The position numbers were made by a program, and so were the translations under genes. A stretch of DNA of 49,142 bases, counting the filler, from Sphacelaria rigidula (lineage: Eukaryota), in the NCBI GenBank assembly GCA_964200075.2. It is 3 parts of 3 records of this genome, joined end to end, with 100 filler letters (N's around TTAATTAATTAA, not from the genome) between each part and the next. Parts side by side here need not be neighbours in the genome. Positions count along the whole stretch, not along the records: positions 1 to 16,315 come from CAXNAA020001399.1; 2 more parts are not named here. One strand, given 5' to 3'. The notes below the pieces were generated by a model. The model saw nothing but the letters and a program-made list of their open reading frames with translations, ran no database searches and was not told where the DNA came from. Within the stretch, counting starts at the first letter, position 1. Every line of letters starts with the position of its first letter. Below, piece by piece: positions 1 to 13,074 of the stretch.

Positions 1-1974
1 GTGACCACGGGTTCGCGAGATCGGACTAATGTGCGGAAATAATAATAATAATGATAAGAAGAGCGACGCCACGAAAACCGGTGACAAGTAGCTCCCCCGA
101 GTTCAACAAGGAGAGAAAATAAATAGAGAAAGAACATAGAAACCCAAATTTGTACGGTGTGTCGTAGTTGTCAATAGCTACCAGCAAGTGAAGAAATGGA
201 AGCGTACGTCGAAGGTTTGGTGTGGACGCAAAGGTTTTAGTTCTCCGGGTTTTTATCCCCAATAAAAGACCCATATGTCCAACTTGTAGAATCCCGTGTT
301 ACTTGTCTGATTTTTGAGAGAAAAATGGAGATGCGATCGGTGATTCGAAGATTGAGACGCTGAAATTTCGACATGGCATTTCTATCATCACCCCGCCAAA
401 CCCTATCAGGGGCGCAGAGGGGAAAAATAGGAAGGTGGAGCGAGTTGAGGTTTCAGCAAAGATGGGGAAAATTATATAACAACTCCTTGAAAAATTGATA
501 GAAACGGCTGCACTCCCAACAACGTTGTGGGCACTCGCATCCCGTACATCCTGTTGAAGTTTCGGCCAACTACACCCGAAATTGGGCACCGCATCGCACT
601 TTTCGTGTGACACGGCCATGCCCCTCTAACCCAAGTGATGCAGGAATCTTCAGTTTTGAAGGCCAGAAGTTGGAATCCCGACGTTTTTCTTTCTTTTCCG
701 TCGGAAAGGTCATATATTATGCAGCACATATTTACAAAGTTTTTTCCTTTTCCGGCGGCGGTGCCGTGCGTACCAAGTTGGTGTGCGGTTCACAGCGATA
801 TGCTCAAGTCGCGCTGATATGAGAAACTTAGGAAGTGGTGGTGGAGGTGTCGAGAGCGAACGCGGGAGTTTTCCGCTGGCCCAGCTGGTATATCGCGAGC
901 TTTCATCTGTCACACTAAGTGTGAAATTGCAAGAAAAACTCCCAATAGTGATGAAGCGTTCGGAGATCTGTCCAGGATTAGTGTAGTTTGTCAACAACAG
1001 GCGATAGCAATGACTTTTGAAGTCGGTGTTCCCGTCATGTAGAGGTGCCATATGCTCACCCGTTCATGTGGTGACACAAAGGATCAGCAAAGAATTGCGG
1101 GCAATGAGGGGAAGTAATCATGCGGCTTTGATCATGGTTTTCATGCCCCAATGCAGGGTAGTTGTTGTGGGTGTGTTGCTTTGAATAAAGTCGGTGATTG
1201 GTGCTGGCATGTTGGGAGCAACTATAACAAAAGTAATGCCCCTAGAGCGCGGCAGTCATCCCTAGTATCGACCGATCAACAGGGATGTTGGGGATTTAAA
1301 CGTCAACGAGAAAATTTGCGAAACTGGTAATCCATGAAGAACATACACGAAAAATCAGGAGGGGTTTGGGTGGCTTCCGACTTGCGGGTGTGATACGTCT
1401 TCACATGTGCCCTTCAACAGATTCCAGCAATGACTGCCGACATTCTTCAAGTTGGTTACATTCATAGTCGTGCGTAGTCCACAAGCAAATTCTAGGCTTA
1501 CGGCACTGTACACTTTTTACCATCCTATTTCACTCTACTGTTTCGCCATGCCGAGATGCCACCTACCCGCTGAGGTTCTCCCCACCACACATGCGCTGTC
1601 TCACTTAGCAGGGGGTTGGCCCTCTAGCCACAAACCCCCACATATCTACCGTGACCATCGCATCCATCGGAAAAACTGCTATTTTGATAATTGAACCCCA
1701 CCCCAGTCGGCGAGCTGCCGCATGAGTTTTGCGTGGTGACGTCCTCACAGCGCTGCTCCGCTGGGTCTCGAGAGCTGTGCCACTGACTGTTTGGTACAAC
1801 CGAAAGTGGAAGATATTCTGAGCAGTTTTCCCACCGAAATGTGCACATCCTTGGCAACGATCCATCCCTTCTGTCATTTCAGATCAATTGCCCATGGTGA
1901 ACAGCTGCACTGTCGGCCTCAGCGCTTTTGAAGTTATCCCAATCTTGCACACTCATTCGCCGGCCCGTTCCTAA

Positions 1975-2166
1975 CCCTTTGATCACAAAGAGTTTGGAAC
2001 CTTTACTTCAGGAGCAACCGTAGCAATGATGAAAACAGAAATTGGAGCATTCCCGTAGATAAGCTGAACCCTTAAACCGCGAGGTTAGTCTTCTGTTGAA
2101 TCGGCATCAATTTCAAGTGAACAAAAATATGCATGATCCAGAAAGACTGATTTCGCGGTCCAAGGG
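1975..2166. mobile_element. Short piggyBac-like MITE
   Basis: CTAA|CCCTTTGATCACAAA...TTTCGCGGTCCAAGGG|TTAA imperfect 15-bp TIR similar to the termini of the larger elements. Confidence 0.45.
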
Positions 2167-2615
2167 TTAAACGGGGGTGTTTTGAGGTCCATTTGTTAGC
2201 GGCGCGGGGTACCTATGGTAAATTTCTATCGGCTCTCCTATTTTCCAACTGGGAAATAGAAAAACAACAGTTTCATGCCAAACGGTGTGGGCCCACGTAC
2301 TGCACTCCACATCCATCACACGATGTCATGGGAGCAGCACAAGTGCTCAATATCATCATGATTACCTCAAGAACTGCAAACTTGTATCTGCATGCAGTAC
2401 ACCCGCGGTGTGCGCAGTACCAGGGCTATGCCTGCCCCAAACTGCATGAACAAGGCAGCAGTGCCGATTTCCGGGGGCGGCCACTTTCCCTATAAGAAAA
2501 TGGAAACGAAGATCGCGATGAAAAAAAGCAGTGCAACGTCCCGGATTGAGATGAAGAGAGGTAGAACCCGTGCGAAATCGGAAAACGAGCCTCTTATCCA
2601 CCGTCAAAACAGGTC

Positions 2616-5600
2616 CTAAGCTGCTTTTTTTGTTCCAGACGCAGCGCCAGCGCCGATAGCCTGTAGCCTCTCGACCAGGGGCGGGTGACTGTAGTGGACT
2701 TTCGAGTACCACGGGTCGGGGTTCTGTTTCAAAGCAGCACCGCACGCGAATGACAACGACGGACCAGAGCAGATTTGCGATAGTCAGATGGAGGGCTGCC
2801 TTACATGATCTTGGGGTTGAAAACCAGAATCAGAACCTCAACAAGAACCACCCACACCGTGATCAAACATGAAAGTGACGCTACAGCTCATACTAGAACA
2901 CCGCAAATCGGGTGTCTATGGAATTCTTCCTTTTCACAACAGGTGCCACGAGGAACACATTGACCACTGCAGGGCGTGTACTACAGGTCCAGAACGTGTG
3001 CTGCGACTGCTTGACTGGCAATTCGAGGACAATCACCGCATCATATGAATGAGAAGTGACCATGACGATGAAGTTTGACGAAACAGATGAACGTGAGTCG
3101 CCGACAGTTTACTGCAAACGCCAATGGAAATAGTTGTCGGAGTGTATGCACAGGATGTCGTGAGGAAATGGTGATTCATGACGTCAGATATTGCGACAAA
3201 ACTAGCCGAAGAACTCTTGGAGAAAATGTGAGCACCTTCGGCCCGCTCACCATGTTCCCAAGGTTCTCCAGCTGAAGCTTCACCAGGCCGGACTTCAGGC
3301 CCTTGGCATACCCTAGCTGAGTGGCGTAAGCGTCGGCCTGGAACTCATTCTTCCTCGACAGCATGTTCATGAGCACGTCCAGCACGTGGTCCACAGGAGT
3401 CCACATCTGACAGCATGGTAAAAGAATATCGGCGCAGACGACGGGAGAAACAGTGCATCGAAAGTGCCCACTTTCTGTGACCTAGACGACCAAAAAATCG
3501 GTCTGCACGACGCATGCACGTGTATTGCCCGTGTCTCAGATAACCACGTCAACTTTCGCGCATTTTCGGGGGAAACAAGGCGTTTTGACAAAGGAGTATA
3601 ATCCATGATCCATGAACCGTGCAACGAACTGCCCATCTCACTCGTGTCACTGAAATCGAAGTACTCGAGAACGCTACTGCACACATGCTTCGTGAGATAC
3701 TCGAAAGGCACGAAGACATTCTTACCACAGAGGAGAAGAGGTGAAGCGTGATCAGCGTGGCCGTCGATGAGAAACCGAACGAAAGTCTTAGATTTTCCCC
3801 CATTTCGGTAGCAAGCGCGAAGGACGAGAACGCGGCTAGTATGTACGTCTGAGTGATCGCGAACCCTTGCAGCGTGTGTGACATCTTCCAGTGTCCAAGC
3901 TCGTGTCCCAAGATCGACACAATCTCGGAGGTCTCCGCCTGCGTGGTATGGGTGAGTTGCAGCTTCAAGATTGCGGTGCGGAAACAGCATGAACGGTAAG
4001 ACTAGCCAACCGGTACTGATGCGTGTTCAACAAAATTCAGGCCAAGGGAGTACAAACGAGGGCTCCATCTCCTCCCGTGTCTAAGCCCTACGGAAGGCGC
4101 GGCTCTTCAGCTGTGAAGCAATCACTCCAGTTCTGCGCACCTGCTTTATGAGTGTGTCGAACAGGACGATCCGCTTGTTCTTGAAAAACCTAATCCCACG
4201 GACCGGACGGCGAGAAAGCGGAGATCAGGACTCGTACACGTTGTTTGATGATGTTCTAACGACCGATGTCCAGCGAAAAACACACGCCAGCGCACCCGCA
4301 ACCATATGAGAGATACCTGTTGCGTAGTCGTCAGGCTGAACATTGTGCTGCAAAGCCAACCTAGGGCTGCCGACCCTTCTCACCCGTAAAAGTACGCGTT
4401 GCTGTGTGCAGAACGCCTGGACCCATCGACGACGAAGAGCTTCGTCAGCGGGAAGTTCACCCTTGCCGCAAGAGCCTCGATTCCGGACTTGAGGTCTCCG
4501 TCCTATGTAGCGTGCAGCATCACGTTCAAGGGCACCCAGATACTCTCTCTGGTCGGCACGAAATTGCGAGCAAGGTCGGACGGCTCCCCTCGTCGGGGGA
4601 ATATCCAGAGGGTAAACCCCCGTCCAGAAGGACCACCAACGCAGCAGCATGCATGGAGATGCCCCGTAATTGCTACCGCATCTCACCTCGAGTGGAGTGT
4701 ATTGGTTGAAGAGGGGCATGATGAGCACCGGAGCGACGGTGATCATGATCACTGAGAAGGAAAACATGAAGAACCATACATAAACGTAGAAGTACCGTCC
4801 CCCCAACTCCATTATCTTCAACATTCCAGCCAAAGCGGGGGCACCGATGACCATCGTCAGCAGCAAGCTTTTCACCTGAAAGCGCGCGAAGAAACATGGG
4901 TGAGTCACACGGGCCGGTGGGCGTCGCCAAGAAATATAGTAGTGAATCACGGCCGTCCGTCGATAACGAGACAAGCGCAAAGCAGGCTCACCTTGTCTGC
5001 GAAAAATAGGCCAAGGGTGGACTTGTTGAAACCGTGCCTCTCTTCCACCACGAAGCTCGAATACAGTCCGAACGGGATTGATCGACAGTGCTGTACAGGG
5101 GATAGAAGATCACGTACGAAGACGAGCAGCACACAAGATTACAACTATAGGAAGACCAAACAAAGTTGCTACGAGCTGCATTATGGGTCGACGGGCACAG
5201 GGTGTTCGGGGGTGAATCTAAGTGCACAGGGTGTTCCGTCCACGCATGATCGATTGTGCCACACGTCACCTGGAAGACGAGAGCCAACCCAACGAAAACC
5301 AGAGACGTTGCCATATCTCCACCGCCACGGTCCAAGCCCCACTTGGCCACGAGCTCTGCACTTGTGTCCCACAGCCAAGGCATCCAGCCCGTGAGATCGA
5401 CGGCTAGCCCGGTGACCAAGTCAAAGGTCTTCTCGAAAAAGTGGAAGTTGCTCTTGTCCAACCCATAGCTCTGGGAAGCGGCAAACTTCTTCGCCGCCTG
5501 ATGAAGAACATATCCCGTGGCGATTCATCCGCAAGGTCACACGTGGGTGACAGGAAAGAGATGCGTTTTGCCTTGCCCATCCTACCTTACTTGAGAGTTG

Positions 5601-5946
5601 CATCGAGCACACAAGAGGACTACCACGCAGTCCTAACCGCTCGTGTAGCTGCAGCATGTATTGACATCGCACCATCAGAAGCACACCTAGACGCGTGAGC
5701 GAAAGACACCATCACCTTTGGGGCAGCACCTAATCCCTCGTTTTCAGCGTCCACCTCTTTGAGCAAATCCATCAGAGCAGTAGGCGGTGATTTCTCTTTC
5801 AGGAGTCGATGCTGACGAATATCGAGGTAGGTATGTACTACAAACACGAACAAGGTGAAGAGGACATAGTAAGGTAGAACGTTGATCTCAGGGCGAGTCC
5901 ATCCCTCTTGACGATACCAGGGAACGGGAATGTCGCCGAGGTCCAT
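2616..5946 (-). CDS. STE24: CAAX prenyl protease 1 (STE24/ZMPSTE24, peptidase M48A), 9 exons, 463 aa
   Basis: Hand-spliced GT-AG exons with consistent phases: 5946-5716, 5497-5270, 5090-4992, 4875-4687, 4502-4384, 4189-4141, 3938-3726, 3406-3251, 2723-2616 (1392 nt, ends TAG). Motifs: [63 protein letters not shown] (HExxH), [24 protein letters not shown]. Confidence 0.96.
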
Positions 5947-8024
5947 GCCTTGCCTCTACAGTAGGTCTTACAGAACAAATTTATCTGTATGGCCAAGAAA
6001 TCAAGAGGAATCACCTCGAAGAAAACGTGTCTCCACGACTTTCCCCGCAGTTGAAAGTCGAGGGATGGACACGCTCGGAAATAACGAAGCCCACGATTGT
6101 CTCCGTAGTACCAGGGCTGGAGCAACAGTCGCAGGCAACAGCGAGCAGGTGATCAACGTCGTCAGGATTATCGTGTATCTACTTTTTTAAAATCATGGTA
6201 TTAGCTCGGATTTTCGCACCCGCGGTAGAGCGATTGAAGTTTCCCTTTGGCAAACACGCTCAGGCAGCACCTCTCTGTCGGGGGCTGTCTCACTGTAGTG
6301 GCGAGCTGCGGGTGGTAATTTTTCATTCCCAAAGAAAAAATCACCAACGTCAAAACATTTCGAATGAGATAAATCGCGATCAACAGCTTACCATCTTACA
6401 AGCCTTACGTACATCCAAGAGATGATGCGCTATGACTTTTTGAATTAAGGGTTCCAGCAGTTGTGTTTGAGCGCCAAACAGGCCATACTACAGAGGGGTC
6501 GTTGTCGTGGGCTCAGCATTCATTACTGTTAGATTCGCTGGTATTGCTGCCTCGTGTCAGCGATAAGTAGTTTCCGTATCGTCCTGATCGACAAAAATCT
6601 TCTACGGTCTTGGTCTAGCCGAAAAGTGAAGACAGAACCTTGTTTTGCGAAGACAGTGCTACTACCAGGAACAGGACAGAGTACACAGGAGCTCCAGCCG
6701 AAACTCGGTCCCACCAGCGCTGCCGTGGAGCGAAGGCGTGAGTAGGAAGCGCGGTGACGCCTCTAGTGCCCTACATTTATATCTAGCTCTGTGCCAGGAG
6801 CAATCATCGACCTTCAATCACTGGTGTCAAGTAGGGTGGGAAAGAACTATGGAGCAAGGCGGGTCACCTCCTCAGATAAGCGGTGAGGGCAGGTAGCAAG
6901 AACGGGGATTCAGAAGCCTTTTGTCTTAGACAGCCTGGGGTGGCGAGGAACGTAAGTGCTGATCCACTTCGTCTGTTGACTGGGTGTTCTTGCTTTGACA
7001 TGTTCTGTGATCATCGTAATCTGTGTTTGTGTGTTGCTCGCAAATATGTGTCATGCCCGTGGAGTGTGGACTCGCTACTTCGTGGAACTCTTTGTCTTGA
7101 GAACATTGAGGAAATATGAATAATCAGGACCCCAGGCGCACAATGAAATGTTTTTCACGTTCTTTTTGCGTGTCGGCTCGTTTGTTTGCTGATTACTCAG
7201 CCAGCTTGGTCGTAAATCTTGCCTTTGTTCTTGAAACACTTTGTTCGCTGCTTTTACTCCGTGGGCGGCGACCATCTTCATGTGTCAGCAGTGTTGCAGG
7301 GTGTGCCTTCATGATCCGACCACTTTGCTCATCTGGACGTAGCCTTCGCCTCGTTGCGCCTCGTGTTGCGCCTTCCGACATCACACCTGAAGTGGATATG
7401 GCATTCTAGGGAGTGCTGTATTCCACATATCATTCCACATTTCATATTGATTGTCTTCCAGCTGATTCCATCAAGTGTTGCGGGCTCGCCTCACCGCTGG
7501 TATGCCACGCCATATATCGGAAGCCTCTCACCCTTGTGCGCCGTGTGTTTCACGGCTCGAGCACTTGGCGTTGACTCTGCTTGCGCCGGTCGTCATACCC
7601 GTTCTGTTTTAGTTTTTTAATATTATTTGATGGTCGCATATCGAGCCATCCATACCCCGGAGGGATCCAGCCGTGGTCACAAGATACTTGTAGCCGTATC
7701 CAGCAGTGGTCACATGGTCACAGGGTCGAGGTATCCACGGCTCTAGCCATTTACTTCATCTGCGGCCGCCGAAAAAGCGTAAGTCCGGATTTTTGCGCAG
7801 AAAAATGACCGTGAAAAAAGCAGCAGGTATGCCAAAATATGCCGCAGATTTTCATTAGATACAGCAAATTTTAATGAGGATTGAGCATAATTGACGCAGA
7901 TTTCCAATAGAACAGCGCAGACTTGCGACTTCCTCGGACAAAAAACCTGTGGACAGACAGACTTCCCCCTTTCGGGGCCCTACATGGTACACGTTCATGT
8001 TTCACGCTTCACGTCAAAAGTTAA

Positions 8025-9086
8025 CCCTTAGACGGCGACCCCCCCCCGCTGGCAAACTGAGGTGGACACTCCGCCTTTGGGTTTAGAATCATTCCGTTGT
8101 CACGACTCGAAACGCCTACTCTACGGCGGGAGGGAACGGGAGTGCATAAGAGGCACATAGTTGTGAGAGTCATACCACAGACGGTGGTGTGGTTATCGAC
8201 CACCTGATAATTACGGCTCATTTTTTTGTTGTGCAGTCTGGAGTGTATCGTGCCGCGGCTGCGCGTGCGGTCTGCAGCGTACTGGATCTTGATGTGTTGA
8301 ACGTGCCGAGTGTACGCAGCGTGCGTTTGAATATCGCACCACGACTACCGCCGCGAACGCCCCTGACTACCGTAGAGCAATTGCTCGGCGATGGCGGTCA
8401 CCTCACCGTCGAAGTACTTGCACTTGTCTACATCTACGTGCGTAGGACACTCGTGGCCGCCGCTCGCGTGTTGCGCCATGACGTCTTATACCAGATGGAG
8501 GTGTGGAGCTAGTAGGACGCTCAAGCAGCCCTGAACAGAGAGACACATTGTACCGAAGATGCTCGAACACCTGCTTTTTGGTTGTATAATCTGTGGTTGA
8601 TTCGGCATGATCAAAGTGAGATTTGAGGGTAGACGACAAATGTGTCTACCAGTAGTCGACCTCTACCGGAACAAAAGTGCTCATTTTGACGACCGTGATT
8701 GATCAGAATCGTCATCCCGCGCCACTCGGGCCTCGTGCACGGCTCATAATTTTACGCGAGAAACTTTCAAACACACACGGTTGACTCCGTGAGCTTCTCC
8801 GATGCTCCGCGGAGAGACCCCCCCCCCCCCTCAAAAATCACCCCCCCCGAGCCCCGGAAACCCCCGGATATCTCGGGACTGTCAGTCAGCCTGTACAACT
8901 GTTCCGAGGCGACGCTCGTCGTCTGAGGTTTCAAGCCAGGCTGGTACTGCGGTGGGGGACGGGGACCATGTGGGGAGCTCTGTCCAAAAGTCGAGTAAAA
9001 TCAGGGCTCCCCACGCGGTCCCCCACCGCATTACTAGCCTAGCTTGACCGTTTTAGGACTGAAGCTCACTACGAGGTGGCAAGGGG
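8025..9086. mobile_element. piggyBac-like non-autonomous element
   Basis: TTAA|CCCTT...AAGGGG|TTAA (TTAA at 8021-8024 and 9087-9090); both subterminal regions recur at 10650-10715 and 13900-13995. Confidence 0.6.
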
Positions 9087-10922
9087 TTAAGGGGTACACC
9101 ACGTGTGAGTAAAAAAATAATAAACACGTCTGGGAGCGACCTGTCCTGTCAGGGCAAGGCGAAATGTATTGACCACATCCGAACGACCAGTGGAGGGGCT
9201 GTCGCCGGAAGTGAAATCACTGGAAAGTTGGTTTACCCTGTCCCTGGCCCACAAAAAAACCTTCGAAGCAAAAGTAACGCTAGTTGTCGGGCTCGGATTC
9301 CCGATTTTTCATCATTCACTTGCACTTTATGTAGGCCCAACCTCCCATCCCCCGATTTTTTTCGGGTCACCATCCTAGCTGATAACACATATCACGTAGT
9401 GCTGGGGGGAAGTTCGAGAATAAGTGTACCGTACTATATATGTGGTGATGTCCACAAGGCGACTGAATGTAGCGACGCTGTGGGACGGGAGACGAAGCTA
9501 GAGGCATGAGTTGTTCTGCGTATCCCTCTGTCAAAGCGGCACAAGGTCGTATGTAATCGACGGTAACGAACAAGCTGTGTATAGGCAGCTGATCTCCGTC
9601 GCGGAGAACAGCCCAGAACATGTGAGGGAGTATCCAGCGGCAGCTGCTGCTGCATTCGGGAAGGCGTGCTGCACTGGACTGTATCTGCGGCGCAACGCCC
9701 ATGCCGTTCGAAGATAATTTGCCGCTTGCAACAAGGAGAGAAATCGCGGCCCACCCCGACCACGAAGGGCTGTGTGGCAAGATGATGGGGGCGATATCCA
9801 AGGCAACGAGTGGCAGGCGGCGGTTGCCACATTCTGTTGAAAGCTCTCCACGGTGACTCGTACTGCGTGATACATCAGTACATCACCTGATGCTCACAAC
9901 ACCTGACCTGGTACAGACAGTTCGTATCTGCACCTGAAAATAGATTGGATGGAACTTCAAGTCTTCCTCTATGACCCTGCGGTTACATACAGACGTGGAT
10001 TTTTAGCAACATGAATTCACTGTTTCATGCGTATGCAGGACACGTCATTCCTAACCAGCCTCATTGGTCGTTCCGGAGGCCCAGTCCCCAAAAGGTCAAC
10101 TTTCGACTTACAAAAATAAGACACAAGAAAAACTGACGCAAAAAAGCCAAGGAAGGCGCAGAAAAAGCGCAGAAAAGCGAAAAAAAACGCAGGGAAACAC
10201 AAAATGCGCAGAAAACGAAAGCAGATGGAGTCGACGGAGTCAATGGCTACAGGGTTCACAAAGACGGGAAAATTCTTGACAGCGTGAGAAAGAGGCAGAA
10301 GACGACGAGATACAGAAGAAATCGCAGTAAATTGGATATGGAGGATATATTATTAATAGCAAACTGTCACTGCCATGTTTGTGGTCGAACGAACAAGTGT
10401 ACAGTGCTACAACAAAACCTGTAGAGCCCTTCATGCGTCGTCGGGTGTGCCTGAACCCATTCCAGACAAACAAGCGGCCGTCTCCACTGATGAAATACAA
10501 CGTGAGGTTCACTGTCTTGACTGCTGTGCTGTCTGAACGGGGTTGAAAGACACAGTGATGGCTTGATATTTGTAAACCGACAGTGGCCTGAAGAGGGTGT
10601 ACCTTGTTTCTCGTCACTCTGGGCTACCTTGATCATCTGGTTTCCTCAACCCTTGGACAGCGATCCCCCCGTAGGTGGACTGAGTCGGACTGTGCCACAT
10701 TTGGGGTTTAGAACAGCTCCTGTCTCGCCACACAAAACGCCTTTTTCATCAACATGTGGATATTTGGCATCTAAGTAGAAAATAGTCCGGGAGAACCCCT
10801 GGCCAGTTTTGACCCTGCAGTCAATTGCGTGCAGTCAGTATTCATATGTGCTGTATATCTTCGCTGGATGAAACGGCAAGAGACGTGTATGTGTGTCATC
10901 GCTCTATACTGAACACAATATA

Positions 10923-13074
10923 CCAAGATTGTGTTCTGTAGGGTACGGGTATGTTCTGAATGGTATGGGACTCCCTACAGAGCTTACAGAAACATCAGGT
11001 ATCCGTATGAAAGCCTTCCAGGAACCACAAAATTGTCGGGCACCGGTACTGAGGGAAGGTCTTACAGAAATTACAGAACTTGTCGTCTATAATATTAGAG
11101 ACTCACGAGAAAACCGCACCGACAGTCGAGTATTTCTTCAAGAGCATACCCGCGCTCCCGGTATGGGTCAATATTCCGTACAGAACTCACAGAACCGTCG
11201 GGTAAGGGTATGGTGGGCTTACAGAACTTACAGAAACTGTCGGGTAGGCTGTGGAGGTTGCACAGAAAACCATGCCCGAAACCGGGTATCTCTTCAAAAG
11301 CATACCCGTGCCCCCAGGTAACGGTACGGGAGGCTTACAGAACTTACATAACTATCGGGTGAAAGTATGGAAGTCTTACAGGGACTACAGAACTGTCGGG
11401 TACCGGTAATGAAACCTTACAAGTTTACAGAACTGTTAGATAAGGTAATAACCCGGCAAAAATACCCCGGCTATACAGAGAACAGTACCGTAGTACCGTA
11501 CAAAATACGACCTTGGTACCATCATCACCCCTGTGGTTGGATCTACGTCACTACTATACAGTGGTGCGTCCCGGTGGTGTAATGGTCCGACTGTCGCCAT
11601 TAGGGTGGAGAGAACGAGGGTTCGATTCCCGACGCGTTGGATTTTTTTTCTCAGTATCTGATTTTCACCGTGGAAAGCGTGGGAACGTGAGTAAACAAAG
11701 TAGTTGACTGAGTTTGACGTGAGTTGACGCGGTGCGGGAGTGCTGATAGTCATGACCCAATCCGCGAGACCAAAATGCGAGGCGTGTACCAGGGAGAGAT
11801 GGGTTGATCCCTTGAGACTAGTAGTGAGTAGACCACGGACTCGTCCCGAGGAAGGGGAGGGGTTCAAAGTGCGACCAAAATAATAATGACGATGATGATG
11901 GTAAGTGGCGAACTACAAATGACAGCTCACGAAAACTCTGAACAGCTTCGTGGGGTTGATGAAGACTACACGAACACTTGCAGTAGTACATGGGCACGGG
12001 ATCGTCAACATCTATCGGCTTCACCTACACTACCACAGAGTACATGAAGGAGCATTCACGGTTGCCCGCTCTCTGGAAGCCCTTTGGCACGCGACGAAAT
12101 CGCTGACGGCCTTAGCGGCTTTCGGTGGCAGCTCATACTCTTTGCTGTGCATGTCGATAACGGCCTGGGGTTTAATGGCCCCGACACAACCGCCATCAAC
12201 GCCGATAACGTGCGTCTTGCTACTTGATTCCCTGCTTGTGCAGATGAACCACCCCCGCTCGAGCCATCACTCGACTCTGGGGGTGTCCGTCTTGACGGTC
12301 TGCAGGGCTGCTCATGTTTCGTGTTTTCACTCAGCGGTACCCCGCATCCCGTCAGATTCCATACTACAAAACTTTCAAACGTTGAGTTTTCGTTGGTGTG
12401 TAGTGTTGAATGAAGGAGTAGGGCGGGTAGATTGATCGATGAGAGGTACGTGTTCAGGTGATGCGGTTGTGTTTTGATTGAACCTATGTTCATACCTCCC
12501 CGAGGTACTCGTATGTACCTGTGCTCGTACCTGTAATTGGGTATATCTACAACGATATGCCCTGTCCCCGGGTGGGGGTATGGGAGGCTTGCAGAGCTCA
12601 CAGAAGTGTCGGGTACCGGTACTGGATAAAAGTCTTGCAGAAATTACAGAACTTGTCGGGTACAGTATGGGGGGCTCACAGAAAAACCGTACCGGCAATC
12701 GGGTATGTCTCCAAAAGCATACCCGCGCTCCCCGTACGGGTAAGTACTCTGTATTTAACTCACAGAGCCGTCGCGCGAGGGTACAGTGTTTGTACACAAC
12801 TCATAGAAACTGTCGGATAGAAGTTGTACAGAAAACCGTACCCGCAACCGGCTATCTCATCAAAAGCATACCCGTGCCCCCCGTTAACGGTACGGGAGTC
12901 TTTCAAAACTCACAGAACTATCGGGTAAGGGCATGAAAGTCTTGCAGGGATTACAGAACTGTCGGGTACCGGTAGTGAAACCTGACAGAGTTAACACAAC
13001 TGCCAGGTGAGGTAAATACCCGGCAAAATACCCCGGGTGTACAGAAAACCGTACCCTAGAGAACACAACCTTGC
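10923..13074. mobile_element. Composite non-autonomous TIR element, copy 1
   Basis: TA|CCAAGATTGTGTTCTGTAGGGTAC left end; inverted end at 11516 (GTACCGTACAAAATACGACCTTGG|TA) and again at 13074; arrays of about 40-bp ACAGAACT-containing subrepeats; homologous to 14136-15806. Confidence 0.75.
11555..11905 (+). mobile_element. tRNA-derived SINE-like insertion
   Basis: A box TGGTGTAATGG 11575-11585, B box GGTTCGATTCC 11619-11629, GCGTC/GACGC stem, tail ending AATAATAATGACGATGATGATG. Absent at the equivalent position of the paralogous copy (about 14670). Confidence 0.75.

Noticed and set aside
6529..7409. Short ORFs upstream of STE24 as a divergent gene
   Set aside because: No recognisable domain and no consistent splice chain; left unannotated.
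11566..11640. Functional tRNA gene
   Set aside because: The anticodon arm and 7-bp acceptor stem do not form properly, and it is the head of a larger insertion with a retroposon tail.
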